Shown: positions 39,727-49,519, counted from the first letter of the stretch. The stretch is 64,000 nt of DNA from an uncultured Thermoprotei archaeon (GCA_965367815.1 CBDUKN010000003.1:32001-96000), one strand, 5' to 3'. A program made the numbers and translations. Notes: generated by a model from the sequence alone, not told the origin.

Positions 39727-40755
39727 ATGGTTTCCGCGGAATTTAAAAGAATTAAGCTTATCTTTGCGCCTAGAACAGTAGTCACTTTTTCTAATAGAAT
39801 TGAAGAATTGAAGAAATTACTGAATCTTGCTCGCAGGGGGCATGCCTTTCCAGTAGTAGTATTTGGGCCCGAAGGATGCGGTAAAACAGCATTGCTTAAG
39901 CAGCTGGTATTATTGTTGAAAGAAGAAGGTATAGAGGTAGTTTATGTGGATACTTTAGAGGAAAATATAGATAGAGCAATATTAGCTTCGCCAGAATTAA
40001 AAGAAGCATTAGTTTCGCTTTCAGAGGCCGTTATGGGGCCTTTAGGGAAAACATTAGCATATGCAGCAATAGCTGTAGTATCAAAGATTCTTTCTAAAGT
40101 AAAGAGTGAAAACTTAGTAATTATTGTGGATGAAGTCTTTCAAGCAGTAGGTTTAGATAACGCAGCCATATATATTAAAAAGGCTTTAAATTTGCTTGAG
40201 TATCCTCCTGACTTACGTAAAAGAATACTAATTATTCTCACAACATCGGAGGGAATTTCTCGAAAAGAAGTAGCTAGACATGGGTGGGCTGATATAAAAG
40301 AGATATGGAATTTAAGTTTCACTGGACTAAAAGAACTTTATGACCAGCTACCAGAGCCAAAGCCGGACTACAGTCAAGTATGGAGAATTACTGGAGGAAA
40401 TCCTCGTATACTAAAACAATACTATATTAGAGACTGGAGTGTAGAAAATCTCATTAAGTGGCTTATAGTGGAAAGAGGCTTAGAAACAGAGATTGCTAAA
40501 ATAGTAAAAGAACACGGAAAAACTCTACTGATCGAGGGATTAGAGGATCCCGACCTACTACTTAACGATTATCAGCTTTATTTAAAGCTCGAAAAACTAA
40601 ACTTAATAGTAGATCTTCATGACAGAAGCTATAGCGAAGGGTGGATAGGAGCACCACCGCCTAAAAACCCGGAACTAGGTGTAGGAAATAAAATAGCTTG
40701 GCAAACACCTTTACATAAGGAAGCTGTACAAAAAATTATTCAACAAATAGCATAA
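39727..40755 (+). CDS. Archaeal AAA-type ATPase
   Basis: FSNRIEE, GPEGCGKT, IVDEVFQA, TSEG, TGGNPR, WQTP. Confidence 0.9.
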   Translation: MVSAEFKRIKLIFAPRTVVTFSNRIEELKKLLNLARRGHAFPVVVFGPEGCGKTALLKQLVLLLKEEGIEVVYVDTLEENIDRAILASPELKEALVSLSEAVMGPLGKTLAYAAIAVVSKILSKVKSENLVIIVDEVFQAVGLDNAAIYIKKALNLLEYPPDLRKRILIILTTSEGISRKEVARHGWADIKEIWNLSFTGLKELYDQLPEPKPDYSQVWRITGGNPRILKQYYIRDWSVENLIKWLIVERGLETEIAKIVKEHGKTLLIEGLEDPDLLLNDYQLYLKLEKLNLIVDLHDRSYSEGWIGAPPPKNPELGVGNKIAWQTPLHKEAVQKIIQQIA

Positions 40756-40767
40756 AACAATAGAAAT

Positions 40768-41808
40768 TTATACTGCTAAATATTCTGCTACATATATATG
40801 TGCTGGAGTTTTAGACGGCTTATATATGATCCTCGCTAATAGGGCTTCATGATTTACTTTCTCTTTAAGTAACTTATTCCCGAGTACACTAACAGTATCG
40901 TATTCTTCCCATGTTCCTGATAGAGTGTATATTTCGATGCGGAGTGTTCCAGGAGCACTTGCCTTGAAGAGTACTGTTTTATTCTTTAAGTCGTAGGCGG
41001 GTACTGGATGGCTTATTATTTCGCTTTCTATAGTGCTTCCCGCTAATGTTTCATCTGAGCCATATTTACAGAACTTTAAAGCAAACTTTGGCTCAGGGTT
41101 TCCTGGAAGAACTCTTAGGTTCCATGGATGTAGGTCTTCCCAAACGTATTCTCCTTCAGGGCATCCATCGATGTCTAGCAGTATAGAGAGATGTGTTGAC
41201 GGCTTTACTGGAGCTAGTGCTACCGCGTAGGGAGGCTTGTTTGTAATCACATGTTTACCTAAGTTGTGTTCTGGGTAGAGTATTATGCCTCGTATTTTCC
41301 CGTCTATTAGCCAGACTGCCATAGACCTGTATACGTGTATAGAGTACACGTGTCTTTTCTCAGCATAGTCTAGGGGAAATCCGGGTAGCTCTACGCAGAC
41401 TGGCTCAGGAAATGCTCCAGCGCACGCAGCTAAGCTTCCAGGCGTTCCCGGCACAAATCTGTAATGTATTACTCCTCCTCCGAACAAGTCTTCTATTTCG
41501 AAGCCAAACCAGAGTGTCGGTCCTTTAGGCCAGGGTGGGAGCTTTACAGTGAGGTCGAAGACTCCGTAGGGGAAAGTGTCTTTAGATCGGAGAGATACTG
41601 TGACTACTTCCTTGGGCTTAATGTACGCAGCTTTAGTGAACACTGTGTACTGTTTTTCACGATAGTCGAAAAGCCAGTACCGTGAAGCCTTATCGAGAAT
41701 AAATTCTTCGCCAAAGTCTTCTCCTCCACGTCTCCTTATCCAGCAGTAGAAGATCTCATCTACGCTTTCATGCATAAATCTAGCTAGCCTTATTCCTCTG
41801 TGGCTCAT
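40768..41808 (-). CDS. Hypothetical protein with ConA/GH16-like domain and C-terminal beta domain
   Basis: FPYGVFDLTVKLP, WFGFE, HVYSI...WLIDG resemble a GH16/LamG fold; likely start ATG 41808. Confidence 0.55.
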   Translation of the reverse strand: MSHRGIRLARFMHESVDEIFYCWIRRRGGEDFGEEFILDKASRYWLFDYREKQYTVFTKAAYIKPKEVVTVSLRSKDTFPYGVFDLTVKLPPWPKGPTLWFGFEIEDLFGGGVIHYRFVPGTPGSLAACAGAFPEPVCVELPGFPLDYAEKRHVYSIHVYRSMAVWLIDGKIRGIILYPEHNLGKHVITNKPPYAVALAPVKPSTHLSILLDIDGCPEGEYVWEDLHPWNLRVLPGNPEPKFALKFCKYGSDETLAGSTIESEIISHPVPAYDLKNKTVLFKASAPGTLRIEIYTLSGTWEEYDTVSVLGNKLLKEKVNHEALLARIIYKPSKTPAHIYVAEYLAV

Positions 41809-41910
41809 GTAGCATTTTCTTTCAGAAAGTATATATAACAAACGTTAGCAGAAAGTTTCTTACACTAAAACTCATTTATAGCTGAGTCAAGAAGAAAAAG
41901 CGGCGAGTAA

Positions 41911-42840
41911 ATGCTAGAAAAGAGGCTTTTTTACCTTATTATAGACCAGTTTCCAGGACACTGGGCTGAAGGAATATACGTCGACGAAGAAAAGAAAATT
42001 CCTCCTGTAAATGTCTTAGACTACCATGAGAGAGGACTAATACCTAATTTCTCTGAACTAATAAAAACAGGGATATGGATCAAGAGACCATGGAATAGAG
42101 GAGTCTGCAAAACGGGGTATGGTCTGAAATACTTGTCTACAGGAACATATAATACTAAAGTAGATGTAGGTTTCTTCGAATATGTAGCAAATAATTATGA
42201 GAAAGCTAAAGTAGCTACTTTTTTCACACTCCCTTGGGGTACAAAAGGATACCTTTATGTGCCAGGCTACATGATTAGCTTGCCACCATACTACCCTGAT
42301 GACATAATGTGGAGAGATTTCGTGGAACCCTATCTCAAAGATCATTCTGACTGGGACATAGTATGCGTTTATTTCCCGACAAACGACCAAGTACTCTTCT
42401 GTCCATCATATCAAGAGAAAAATGCTCACCCTAAATCTTCTAAACACGCCTACATGCTCTACTTAGATAAACTGCTAGGAGAAATAGTTAAGCTACTTAA
42501 ATGCGAAGGCTACTGGAAAGATACAGTATTCGTAATAGCGTCAGACCACGGTTATCATCTTGGATGTGAAGTCTGCTATATGAAAGGAGCAAGAACAGCG
42601 AACTTTGTCTACGACCACATAGAGCCATATGACTGCTACATATGGGATTTTAAGGAAAATAAGAAAACAGTAAAGTACAGCGGCGGACCTAGGAGAATAA
42701 CATTCATAGTGTCTGGAGAAGGACTTGAGGGACATTTAAGAGGAACTATCATTGAAGAAGCAGAGATAATTGATGTAATTCCAACAATAGCTAAACTACT
42801 CAATATACCCTACAAGTGTGAAGGAAAAAGTGTAGTGTAG
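41911..42840 (+). CDS. Alkaline phosphatase/sulfatase superfamily protein
   Basis: LIIDQ, PNFSEL, LDKLLGEIV, VIASDHG, IDVIPTIAKLL. Confidence 0.85.
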   Translation: MLEKRLFYLIIDQFPGHWAEGIYVDEEKKIPPVNVLDYHERGLIPNFSELIKTGIWIKRPWNRGVCKTGYGLKYLSTGTYNTKVDVGFFEYVANNYEKAKVATFFTLPWGTKGYLYVPGYMISLPPYYPDDIMWRDFVEPYLKDHSDWDIVCVYFPTNDQVLFCPSYQEKNAHPKSSKHAYMLYLDKLLGEIVKLLKCEGYWKDTVFVIASDHGYHLGCEVCYMKGARTANFVYDHIEPYDCYIWDFKENKKTVKYSGGPRRITFIVSGEGLEGHLRGTIIEEAEIIDVIPTIAKLLNIPYKCEGKSVV

Positions 42841-42880
42841 CCAGACAGAAATATTTAGTTCATAATGCTTAATTAAAGAC

Positions 42881-43105
42881 GTGAAGATAGAAGAGTATTT
42901 GAAAGAGCTTGAGAAGGCTCGTGAGTTTCGTAGACGTATGGCTGACTGGAAGTATATTGAATCAAGGCCAGAACCACTAAAAACAGCCCTAAAGCTTCTC
43001 GTAGAAACAGGAGATCTATGGTATTCTGCTACAATGACAGGAATACCTGTTGACTTGCTTAACGAGGAAAGAATTAAAGCAAAAATACCGCTCACGGTGA
43101 TTTAG
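42881..43105 (+). CDS. Small HTH-like putative antitoxin (upstream copy, cassette 2)
   Basis: ADWKYIESRPEPLKTALKLLVETGD core, homologous to cassette 1 proteins. Confidence 0.75.
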   Translation: MKIEEYLKELEKAREFRRRMADWKYIESRPEPLKTALKLLVETGDLWYSATMTGIPVDLLNEERIKAKIPLTVI

Positions 43106-43812
43106 TGGAGTTAGCTATAGTAGATACATGTTTTCTAATAAACTGGGCTAAATTCAGACAGAAAAACGATATATTTAATATTTTCTCAAAACTAATCATA
43201 CCATCTATTATATATACTGAAGTGAGAAGTGAGTCAGCACGAAGCTTTATAGCAAGACTTATGGCTGAGAAGCGGATTCTCCTTGCTCCGCGAATAAGTC
43301 AAGTAGATATCCTCGCTTTAAAGATCTACGATTTGATAAACTCTCATCCATCTCTTCCTTCAATAGATCCTCCGGAAGCATACGCTTTAGCTTTAGCCAA
43401 GTATCTAGAGAAACCTCTGCTAACGGATAATGCTTCACCCAGACTAGCAGTAGAGGTGATAAATGAAGTTAAAGGAGTGAGAGTCTATGATTCTTTAATG
43501 CTTTTAGCTAAACTATATAAAGGTAATCTGTTCAGAAGAAAGGTTAAAGAATTTATAGAAGATACACATATATTTTTCTCAGAAAAAAGGCTAAGAGAAT
43601 ATGGACTCTGAGGAATTAAAGTATTTTAAGAAAGTAGTTGAAGAAACTGGGCTCACTATAAACTGGAAGCTCTTTGAAAAAAGGATTAAGGAGCTTGAAG
43701 AAGAGCTTGAGAAGGCTCGTGAGTTTCGTAGACGTATGGCTGACTGGAAGTATATTGAATCAAGGCCAGAACCACTAAAAACAGCCCTAAAGCTTCTCGT
43801 AGAAACAGGAGA
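42903..43812. repeat. Perfect 112-bp direct repeat, 42903-43014 and 43701-43812
   Basis: Base-by-base identity, offset 798 bp. Confidence 0.95.
43105..43611 (+). CDS. PIN-domain protein (cassette 2)
   Basis: IVDTCFLINW, YTEV, DPPEAYAL, LLTDN. Confidence 0.88.
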   Translation: MELAIVDTCFLINWAKFRQKNDIFNIFSKLIIPSIIYTEVRSESARSFIARLMAEKRILLAPRISQVDILALKIYDLINSHPSLPSIDPPEAYALALAKYLEKPLLTDNASPRLAVEVINEVKGVRVYDSLMLLAKLYKGNLFRRKVKEFIEDTHIFFSEKRLREYGL

Positions 43813-43903
43813 CTTAAAAAAAGTATCTTATCTTTACTCTATACCGCTAGATACTTTAAATGAAGAAAGAATTAAGGCAAGAATACCTATTGTTGTAGTA
43901 TAA
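43601..43903 (+). CDS. Small HTH-like putative antitoxin (downstream copy, cassette 2)
   Basis: Same core as 42881-43105 with different N- and C-termini. Confidence 0.75.
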   Translation: MDSEELKYFKKVVEETGLTINWKLFEKRIKELEEELEKAREFRRRMADWKYIESRPEPLKTALKLLVETGDLKKVSYLYSIPLDTLNEERIKARIPIVVV

Positions 43904-44044
43904 TATCATAGACTTTGATTATCATTAAATTGTAATTAAATGTCAGCAAAATCAGACTATCTTTTGTGACATAAACTGAATGTAGTTTACTAAACTGCTT
44001 ACAGAGAAGATTAGTTATTTAAATATTAAACCGATTAATTAAAC

Positions 44045-44933
44045 ATGAGTATATATGAAAGTCTTCTAAGAGAGATTAGAGCATTACCCACAGTAGGTGC
44101 CCACGAGCACTTAGCACCGAAAAAGTCAGGCTTTCACTTAAACCCGATGTATGCTTCCTTTTCTCACACTATTCTGTAAACGACTTAATTTCAGCTGGCT
44201 GTCGTCCATGGGGTATATCTGCTCGAGAAAGATGAAAGCTAATACATTTTCTGAGAAATACTTCTATATCTTTAGAAGAGCGCTTTAAAGTAATTGAGCC
44301 TTACATTAAGTATATAAAGTATGGCACTTACTATAGAGCGCTTAAAATAGCGTTGAAAGAGGTGTATGGCTATGATGAAGTAACTGGAGCAACTATAAAG
44401 AAATTTCTAATAAAATGAAGGAGGAAAAAAGCCTAGAATATATGATAAAATTCTTGTAGAAAAATGTAGAGCAAGATATGTCTTACCTCAGTGGAGCGAA
44501 CTATGTGATGATTTCAGGCAACTAGACCCAAGACACAACATACCTTTATTCCAAAAGTACCTTGAGACGAAGTTCGATTTATATCATATGGGCATGCCTT
44601 GGGTACGTGACACTGCCTTTATAGCCAAAAACTACCACAACGTGTACTTGAATTTATGCTGGAGTCACATAGTTTCCTCACATATGACTGTATCAGGGCT
44701 CCTAGAGTACTTTGATATTGTTCCAGTCAATAAGATAATAGCTTTCGGCGGCGACTACACAGTCTACTCTCTCGAGAAAAATTGTAAGTCACTTAAGAAT
44801 AGCTGAAGAAAATATCGCTGAGGTATTAACTAAACTAGTAGAAGAGAGGAGGATAAGCGGCTTAAATGAGGCAGTAGAAGTCGCTAAAATGCTGTTCTAT
44901 GAAAACCCTGTCGAGATCTATGGACTTAAGTAG
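44045..44933 (+). pseudogene. Amidohydrolase-superfamily (uronate isomerase-like) pseudogene
   Basis: AHEHL, HMGMPW, NVYLNLCW, KIIAFGGDY, YENPVEIY fragments; several frameshifts/stops and an apparent internal deletion. Confidence 0.75.
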
Positions 44934-45351
44934 ATTCCTTTAAGACAAGTTTTTCTAATAGCTTAAAGTCAAGATATTCTCTAATAGTAGTGTCGACAGC
45001 AAGAGCTCTCAAGTACTCGTCTCTAGAAAACAGCAGTTTTCCTCTAGTGAAAACATGATACTTGAATGATAGAGGAGCTTCATTTAAAACATGAATGTCT
45101 ACTGGAAAGCCTATTTCTAGCTCCAGCTTAGCCGAGTAGTCGACAGTATAGTAGAAAGCTTTTTCAATAGACTTAATCCATATTGCTACATCGATATCTC
45201 TAAAGAAGCTTCTTTCAAGAAAACCTCCGTGAACATACGCAAATACTATTTCTTCTTCGCTGAGAAGCTTTTCTTTAAGTCTCTCAAGTATGAACTCCTT
45301 TTCTTCCTTCCTTAATTCATAGTACTTAAACACAGGTATCATGTTTTTCAA
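44926..45351 (-). CDS. Minimal nucleotidyltransferase (MNT) antitoxin
   Basis: FAYVHGGF...RDIDVAI, VDIHVLNEAP. Confidence 0.88.
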   Translation of the reverse strand: MKNMIPVFKYYELRKEEKEFILERLKEKLLSEEEIVFAYVHGGFLERSFFRDIDVAIWIKSIEKAFYYTVDYSAKLELEIGFPVDIHVLNEAPLSFKYHVFTRGKLLFSRDEYLRALAVDTTIREYLDFKLLEKLVLKEST

Positions 45352-45765
45352 TAAATTTTCTAATATAGGATATATTCTTCAAAGTCTTTTAAACCTTTCT
45401 TAGAGCTCTCGTAGACTTTCTCATCTATTATCTCTCAGTACCTATGTATAAGCAAATTTCTTAATCTAGCAGCTAAGACTAGTCTACGAGCTAGTTCTCA
45501 GGAATAACGCCTTTTAAGCCAAGTCTGCTAAAGCAGTCAGGGTATCCTATTGCTTTTTCACTAAAAATATTTGCTAAAATATGTATACAGATAGCAGCGG
45601 CTGCTTCAACAAGCTGGATTATAAGATATCTTAAAGAAATTTTTTCATAAATACTTAGCTTACCGAAATCTTTATTGGTAATTTCACGAATTATTTGAGC
45701 AGCATCATTTATCTCTCTTATGTGCATTTCAAGGTAATCTTTATTTACTTTTGGAATTTCAAGCC
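45330..45765 (-). pseudogene. HepT/DUF86 HEPN toxin pseudogene
   Basis: LRYLIIQLVEA, Y..CF..L, RNLLIHRY (RxxxxH); frameshift near 45491 and TGA in place of the following Trp. Confidence 0.8.
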
Positions 45766-45844
45766 ACCAATTTTCATCTAACCAGGCTAATAAATTATTT
45801 ATTTTCTTGCCGAAAACCCTAGTTGTCCTTAAATAGTTTAATAA

Positions 45845-46654
45845 ATGCTACACTTGATAATAGTCACTGTGCAGGAAATCCGCAATCCTCTTAAGGACAA
45901 ATTCAGAAACAAGGATGTAGCCCTAGGTGTAGCTGTAACTATTCCTTGCCCTGAAGTAGCTGAAGCTTTAGCCCATATTGGTTTTGACTGGCTTTTCATA
46001 GATATGGAGCATGCTCCCTTAGAGCTAACCGACGTGAAGCTCATTTTACAGGCAGTAGCAGGAACAAATACAGTACCAGTAGTCAGAGTTCCTTGGAACG
46101 ACTTCGTTATAATAAAAAGAGTACTCGACTTAGGAGTATTCAATATTATCGTCCCGTGGATAAATAGCCGTAAAGAAGCAGAAGAAGCCGTAAAAGCATG
46201 CAAATACCCACCTGAAGGAATTAGAGGATGCGGGCCTCTAAGAGCCTCACTGTACGGCCTTAAGACTAAAGAATACTTAGAGAAAGCTAATTTTGAAGTA
46301 GCAGTTATTGTTCAAATAGAAACAGCTAAAGCAGTACAGAATATCAATGAAATACTATCAGTTAAAGGAGTAGACGCCACTTTCGTCGGGCCAATGGATT
46401 TATCTGTTTCACTAGGTTATCTAGGGAACCCACAACATCCCGAAGTAAAAGCCGCCATAGAGAAAATAGCTGAAGCCCACGAAAATACAAAAGTATGTCC
46501 AGGCATAGCCTCATCAATAGAACAGCTTAAAGAACACCTCGAGCTAGGATACAGATTCATCAACATTGGAAGCGACATAGGCTTAATAAGAGGAGGAGCG
46601 AGAAAACTCCTTCAATCAGCTAAAAACATACTAAAAGAATCAGCCTTCTCTTAA
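45845..46654 (+). CDS. HpcH/HpaI (GarL/RhmA-type) aldolase
   Basis: FIDMEH, VRVP, YPP.G.RG, QIET, FVGPMDL. Confidence 0.93.
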   Translation: MLHLIIVTVQEIRNPLKDKFRNKDVALGVAVTIPCPEVAEALAHIGFDWLFIDMEHAPLELTDVKLILQAVAGTNTVPVVRVPWNDFVIIKRVLDLGVFNIIVPWINSRKEAEEAVKACKYPPEGIRGCGPLRASLYGLKTKEYLEKANFEVAVIVQIETAKAVQNINEILSVKGVDATFVGPMDLSVSLGYLGNPQHPEVKAAIEKIAEAHENTKVCPGIASSIEQLKEHLELGYRFINIGSDIGLIRGGARKLLQSAKNILKESAFS

Positions 46655-46814
46655 ACTCCATAACTAAATAGTATTTCAGCAAAATTCAATTTAATAAGCC
46701 CTATATATTTACTCTAAAATTCTTAACCTATTTATTTAATCTATCTATTTAATTCTACCTAATGTTGATTTACTTAAATAAAAAATTAAATATCTCATTT
46801 GTTCTAGAACAATA

Positions 46815-47237
46815 GTGATGCGGATGAAAATCACTAAATACAATGTAGTATCTATACTCATAATATTGGCACTAGTGAGCACATGGATTTCACAATTAGC
46901 TGTAACGTATCCTACAATAGAGCCTCACTCTGAAGCTCCTCCCAATCAATGCTGGCCTGTGAAACTCTGCTCAGACTCAAGTTTTCAGGTTTGTGTCGAT
47001 AACTGCTATAAAGAGGCAGGATTTACCGGATGGGAGTGCGGAGAGTGGGTCATTTTAGTCGCATCTGTTGTAGCAATTGAAATAGAAGGACCATACTTAG
47101 CTAAAGTAGGAATCATAGCAGAAAAGGTAATTGCGGCAGCAAGGGTATCTACTGAGATATATTTGACGTTTAAAGCAAGTTCTCCGTGTGCAGGTTATAT
47201 TAATCATGCAAGTGCGGCCCTTAACTGTATCTTGTAG
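46815..47237 (+). CDS. Secreted Cys-rich protein
   Basis: Signal peptide, 7 Cys, hydrophobic central helix. Confidence 0.6.
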   Translation: MMRMKITKYNVVSILIILALVSTWISQLAVTYPTIEPHSEAPPNQCWPVKLCSDSSFQVCVDNCYKEAGFTGWECGEWVILVASVVAIEIEGPYLAKVGIIAEKVIAAARVSTEIYLTFKASSPCAGYINHASAALNCIL

Positions 47238-47280
47238 TCGGTGAAGAGATACTTTAATCTGTTCTACACGTAGATTAAGG

Positions 47281-47595
47281 GTGATGAAAATGAAAAATAT
47301 TATTTCAAAAATAAGGAATAGTCTTTTAGTAATAAAGGAATTTAAAACTGCTCCTTTAGTAATCAAGCTTCAATGCTTCTGCTCTATTCTTTTATTCTTT
47401 TCACTTTTTACCAGAAATCGTATAATTATTTTATTAGTTTTAATATACTACGCTACCTTAGAGTATTTAGACCTCGAAGTATTTCCTAAACGCATTAAGT
47501 CTCCTAACTACTCAAAGTGGTTTAAAAGAACTGCTAAGTTGAACCATCTTTTAGAGTTTATACTTATCTTAATAGCCGTATTTACAGTAACTTAG
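47281..47595 (+). CDS. Small basic membrane protein
   Basis: 104 aa, two to three TM segments, Lys-rich. Confidence 0.55.
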   Translation: MMKMKNIISKIRNSLLVIKEFKTAPLVIKLQCFCSILLFFSLFTRNRIIILLVLIYYATLEYLDLEVFPKRIKSPNYSKWFKRTAKLNHLLEFILILIAVFTVT

Positions 47596-47937
47596 TGCGA
47601 AACGAGGAATCTGGCTAATGAAGGTGAAGAATGTAAAAGATACTTCCTGTAAATTTATGCTCTACATTTTTATGAACCCAGTATTGCTAGTGATAATAGC
47701 ACTTTTACCCTTATGGTATCCTAATAGTTTGTTCTATAAAATACTTCTTTAACGCAGAGTAAAGTTTTCGAGAAATATAAGATGAGTGGAGTACTGTAGA
47801 GACTATTGTTGAAGCAATACTGACTATGATTCTTAAATAGCTATCACTATGAGTCTAGTAAGCTCGCTCACTAATTTACACAGAAAATGTATTAGTTGAT
47901 GAAGGTTATTTGAGAGTACTGTAAAACTGTTTCTTAG

Positions 47938-48495
47938 TCACTTAGGTTGCAGTATAGCTGATAGTGCAGGAACATCTCTTTTAGTTTCGTCGAAAATACG
48001 TCCCCATGCGTGATATATTTCATGTATTTCAATAACTTTAAATGCTTTTGCGAATACTTTGTAGAGAGTGTGCTTGAGTTCGCTGTGAGGAACGATGTGC
48101 GGCTCTTCATCGAATTCTAGGAGGAGAAGTCCTCTCGGTTTAAGTATTCTGTATAGCTCGCCTACGTAGAGTCTGTGGTTTTTAATGAAAGTGAAGGTGT
48201 AGGAGTCTACAACTGCATCGAAAGAGTTTTCTCTAAAGGGTAGAGTTAAGTCAGCTGTTGCCATAATTTTGTCACATTCTATTGAAAGATTGAGCAGGGG
48301 TATCGAAGCTATATCCAGCGCGACTACATGAAAATTCATTTTCCTTAGGAAAAGCGTGTTTCGTCCTGACCCACACCCTATGTCAAGTACTCTAGCGCGT
48401 TTATCTAGCATTTGCACTAGTCTTTCTAGTCTGGGAGAATGCCTTCCATTAAGTCCTTCAAATAGCTCTTTGCTGTGAGTTCTCCATGAGTGCAT
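47938..48495 (-). CDS. Class I SAM-dependent methyltransferase
   Basis: VLDIGCGSGR, LPFRENSFD, RILKPRG. Confidence 0.9.
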   Translation of the reverse strand: MHSWRTHSKELFEGLNGRHSPRLERLVQMLDKRARVLDIGCGSGRNTLFLRKMNFHVVALDIASIPLLNLSIECDKIMATADLTLPFRENSFDAVVDSYTFTFIKNHRLYVGELYRILKPRGLLLLEFDEEPHIVPHSELKHTLYKVFAKAFKVIEIHEIYHAWGRIFDETKRDVPALSAILQPK

Positions 48496-48505
48496 AGCTC
48501 TTGAG

Positions 48506-48821
48506 CTACGGTCGCCTGCTATTAAACTTAGCGCTCAACATTTTCTCTAGGCTGTCTATGTTACTTCTAATGTACTTTAGAGTAGCCAGTAGCTCGTTTA
48601 TATGCTTCTCGTTGATGTAGTAAGCTACTCTAGGCCTATCGGCAGTAATCCATTTCTTAGAGACTATTTCTATCTTAATCATTGTTTTCAAATGGCTATG
48701 GTATAGTCTGCCTAGGTACACCGAGTATTTTCTCTAGCTGGCTAAGAGTTACCGGCACATCAGCTGCAGCCAGTATTACTAGTAACGCTAGCCTAATAGG
48801 ATGCATAAGCAGTTTCTTCAA
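48506..48821 (-). pseudogene. Frameshifted winged-helix transcriptional regulator
   Basis: MHPIRLALLVIL...SQLEKILGVPRQTI / HSHLKTM...RPRVAYYI in two frames. Confidence 0.65.
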
Positions 48822-49413
48822 GTCTCTTGGAGTCTTTTTCTCGTGAACCAATAGTAACCACCTGCTGACGCTGATACCAGTAGAGCATAGAGGAGAATAA
48901 GATATGAGGCAACTAAAGCAAATCCTTCTTTTCCAGCAGGAAGGGCCAATGCTGCTGAAACACTAGCTACAACAGGTACAGTAATTGCGACGGTAATTAA
49001 TGTTAGCCAAGATAATCTTACTTTATAGCCGCATATATTTAGAGCGGCGAGTATTGCACATAGTTCAGCGAGAAAGCAGCTTAATAACATCAAGTTTATT
49101 TGTACTGTTTCTTCACTTATCTTTACAAGCTGTGAAGGCAAGCTTAGTCTTCTACTCATAAAACGCAGATACCATGTGAAGCTGAGTACAAGCACTACGA
49201 ATAAAGCTATGAAAGTTAATCCATAAAGAGGAGATGTTTCAGCGAGTTTGTCGACTTTATATAGTATTGTGGTAGTGTATACGGTGATCATCGATGATAG
49301 CAAGAAGAGCTGATATACAGCTGAAAACAGTGAGTACAACAAAATAGTTTCTGTAAACTAAAGCATCTTCAGCATCAGCAAAACTAATAGCCTTCTCTAA
49401 AATCTCTTGACTC
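48818..49413 (-). pseudogene. Membrane protein, frameshifted near 49343
   Basis: MSQEILEKAISFADAEDALVYRNYF joins the ORF at 48818-49342 by a shift at a T4 run. Confidence 0.5.
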
Positions 49414-49519
49414 ATTTTATCACAGCATTTTATCTCGATACTGCTTATATTAGCGTCCATTAGAGTCGAAAACTCCGACAAAAAAGAATATAATTATGTA
49501 ATTACTTAATTACCTAGTT

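Noticed and set aside
36917-43812. CRISPR array or diversity-generating retroelement reading of the long repeats
   Set aside because: Only two copies each, over 110 bp, coding, with no adenine-specific mismatches and no cas or reverse transcriptase gene
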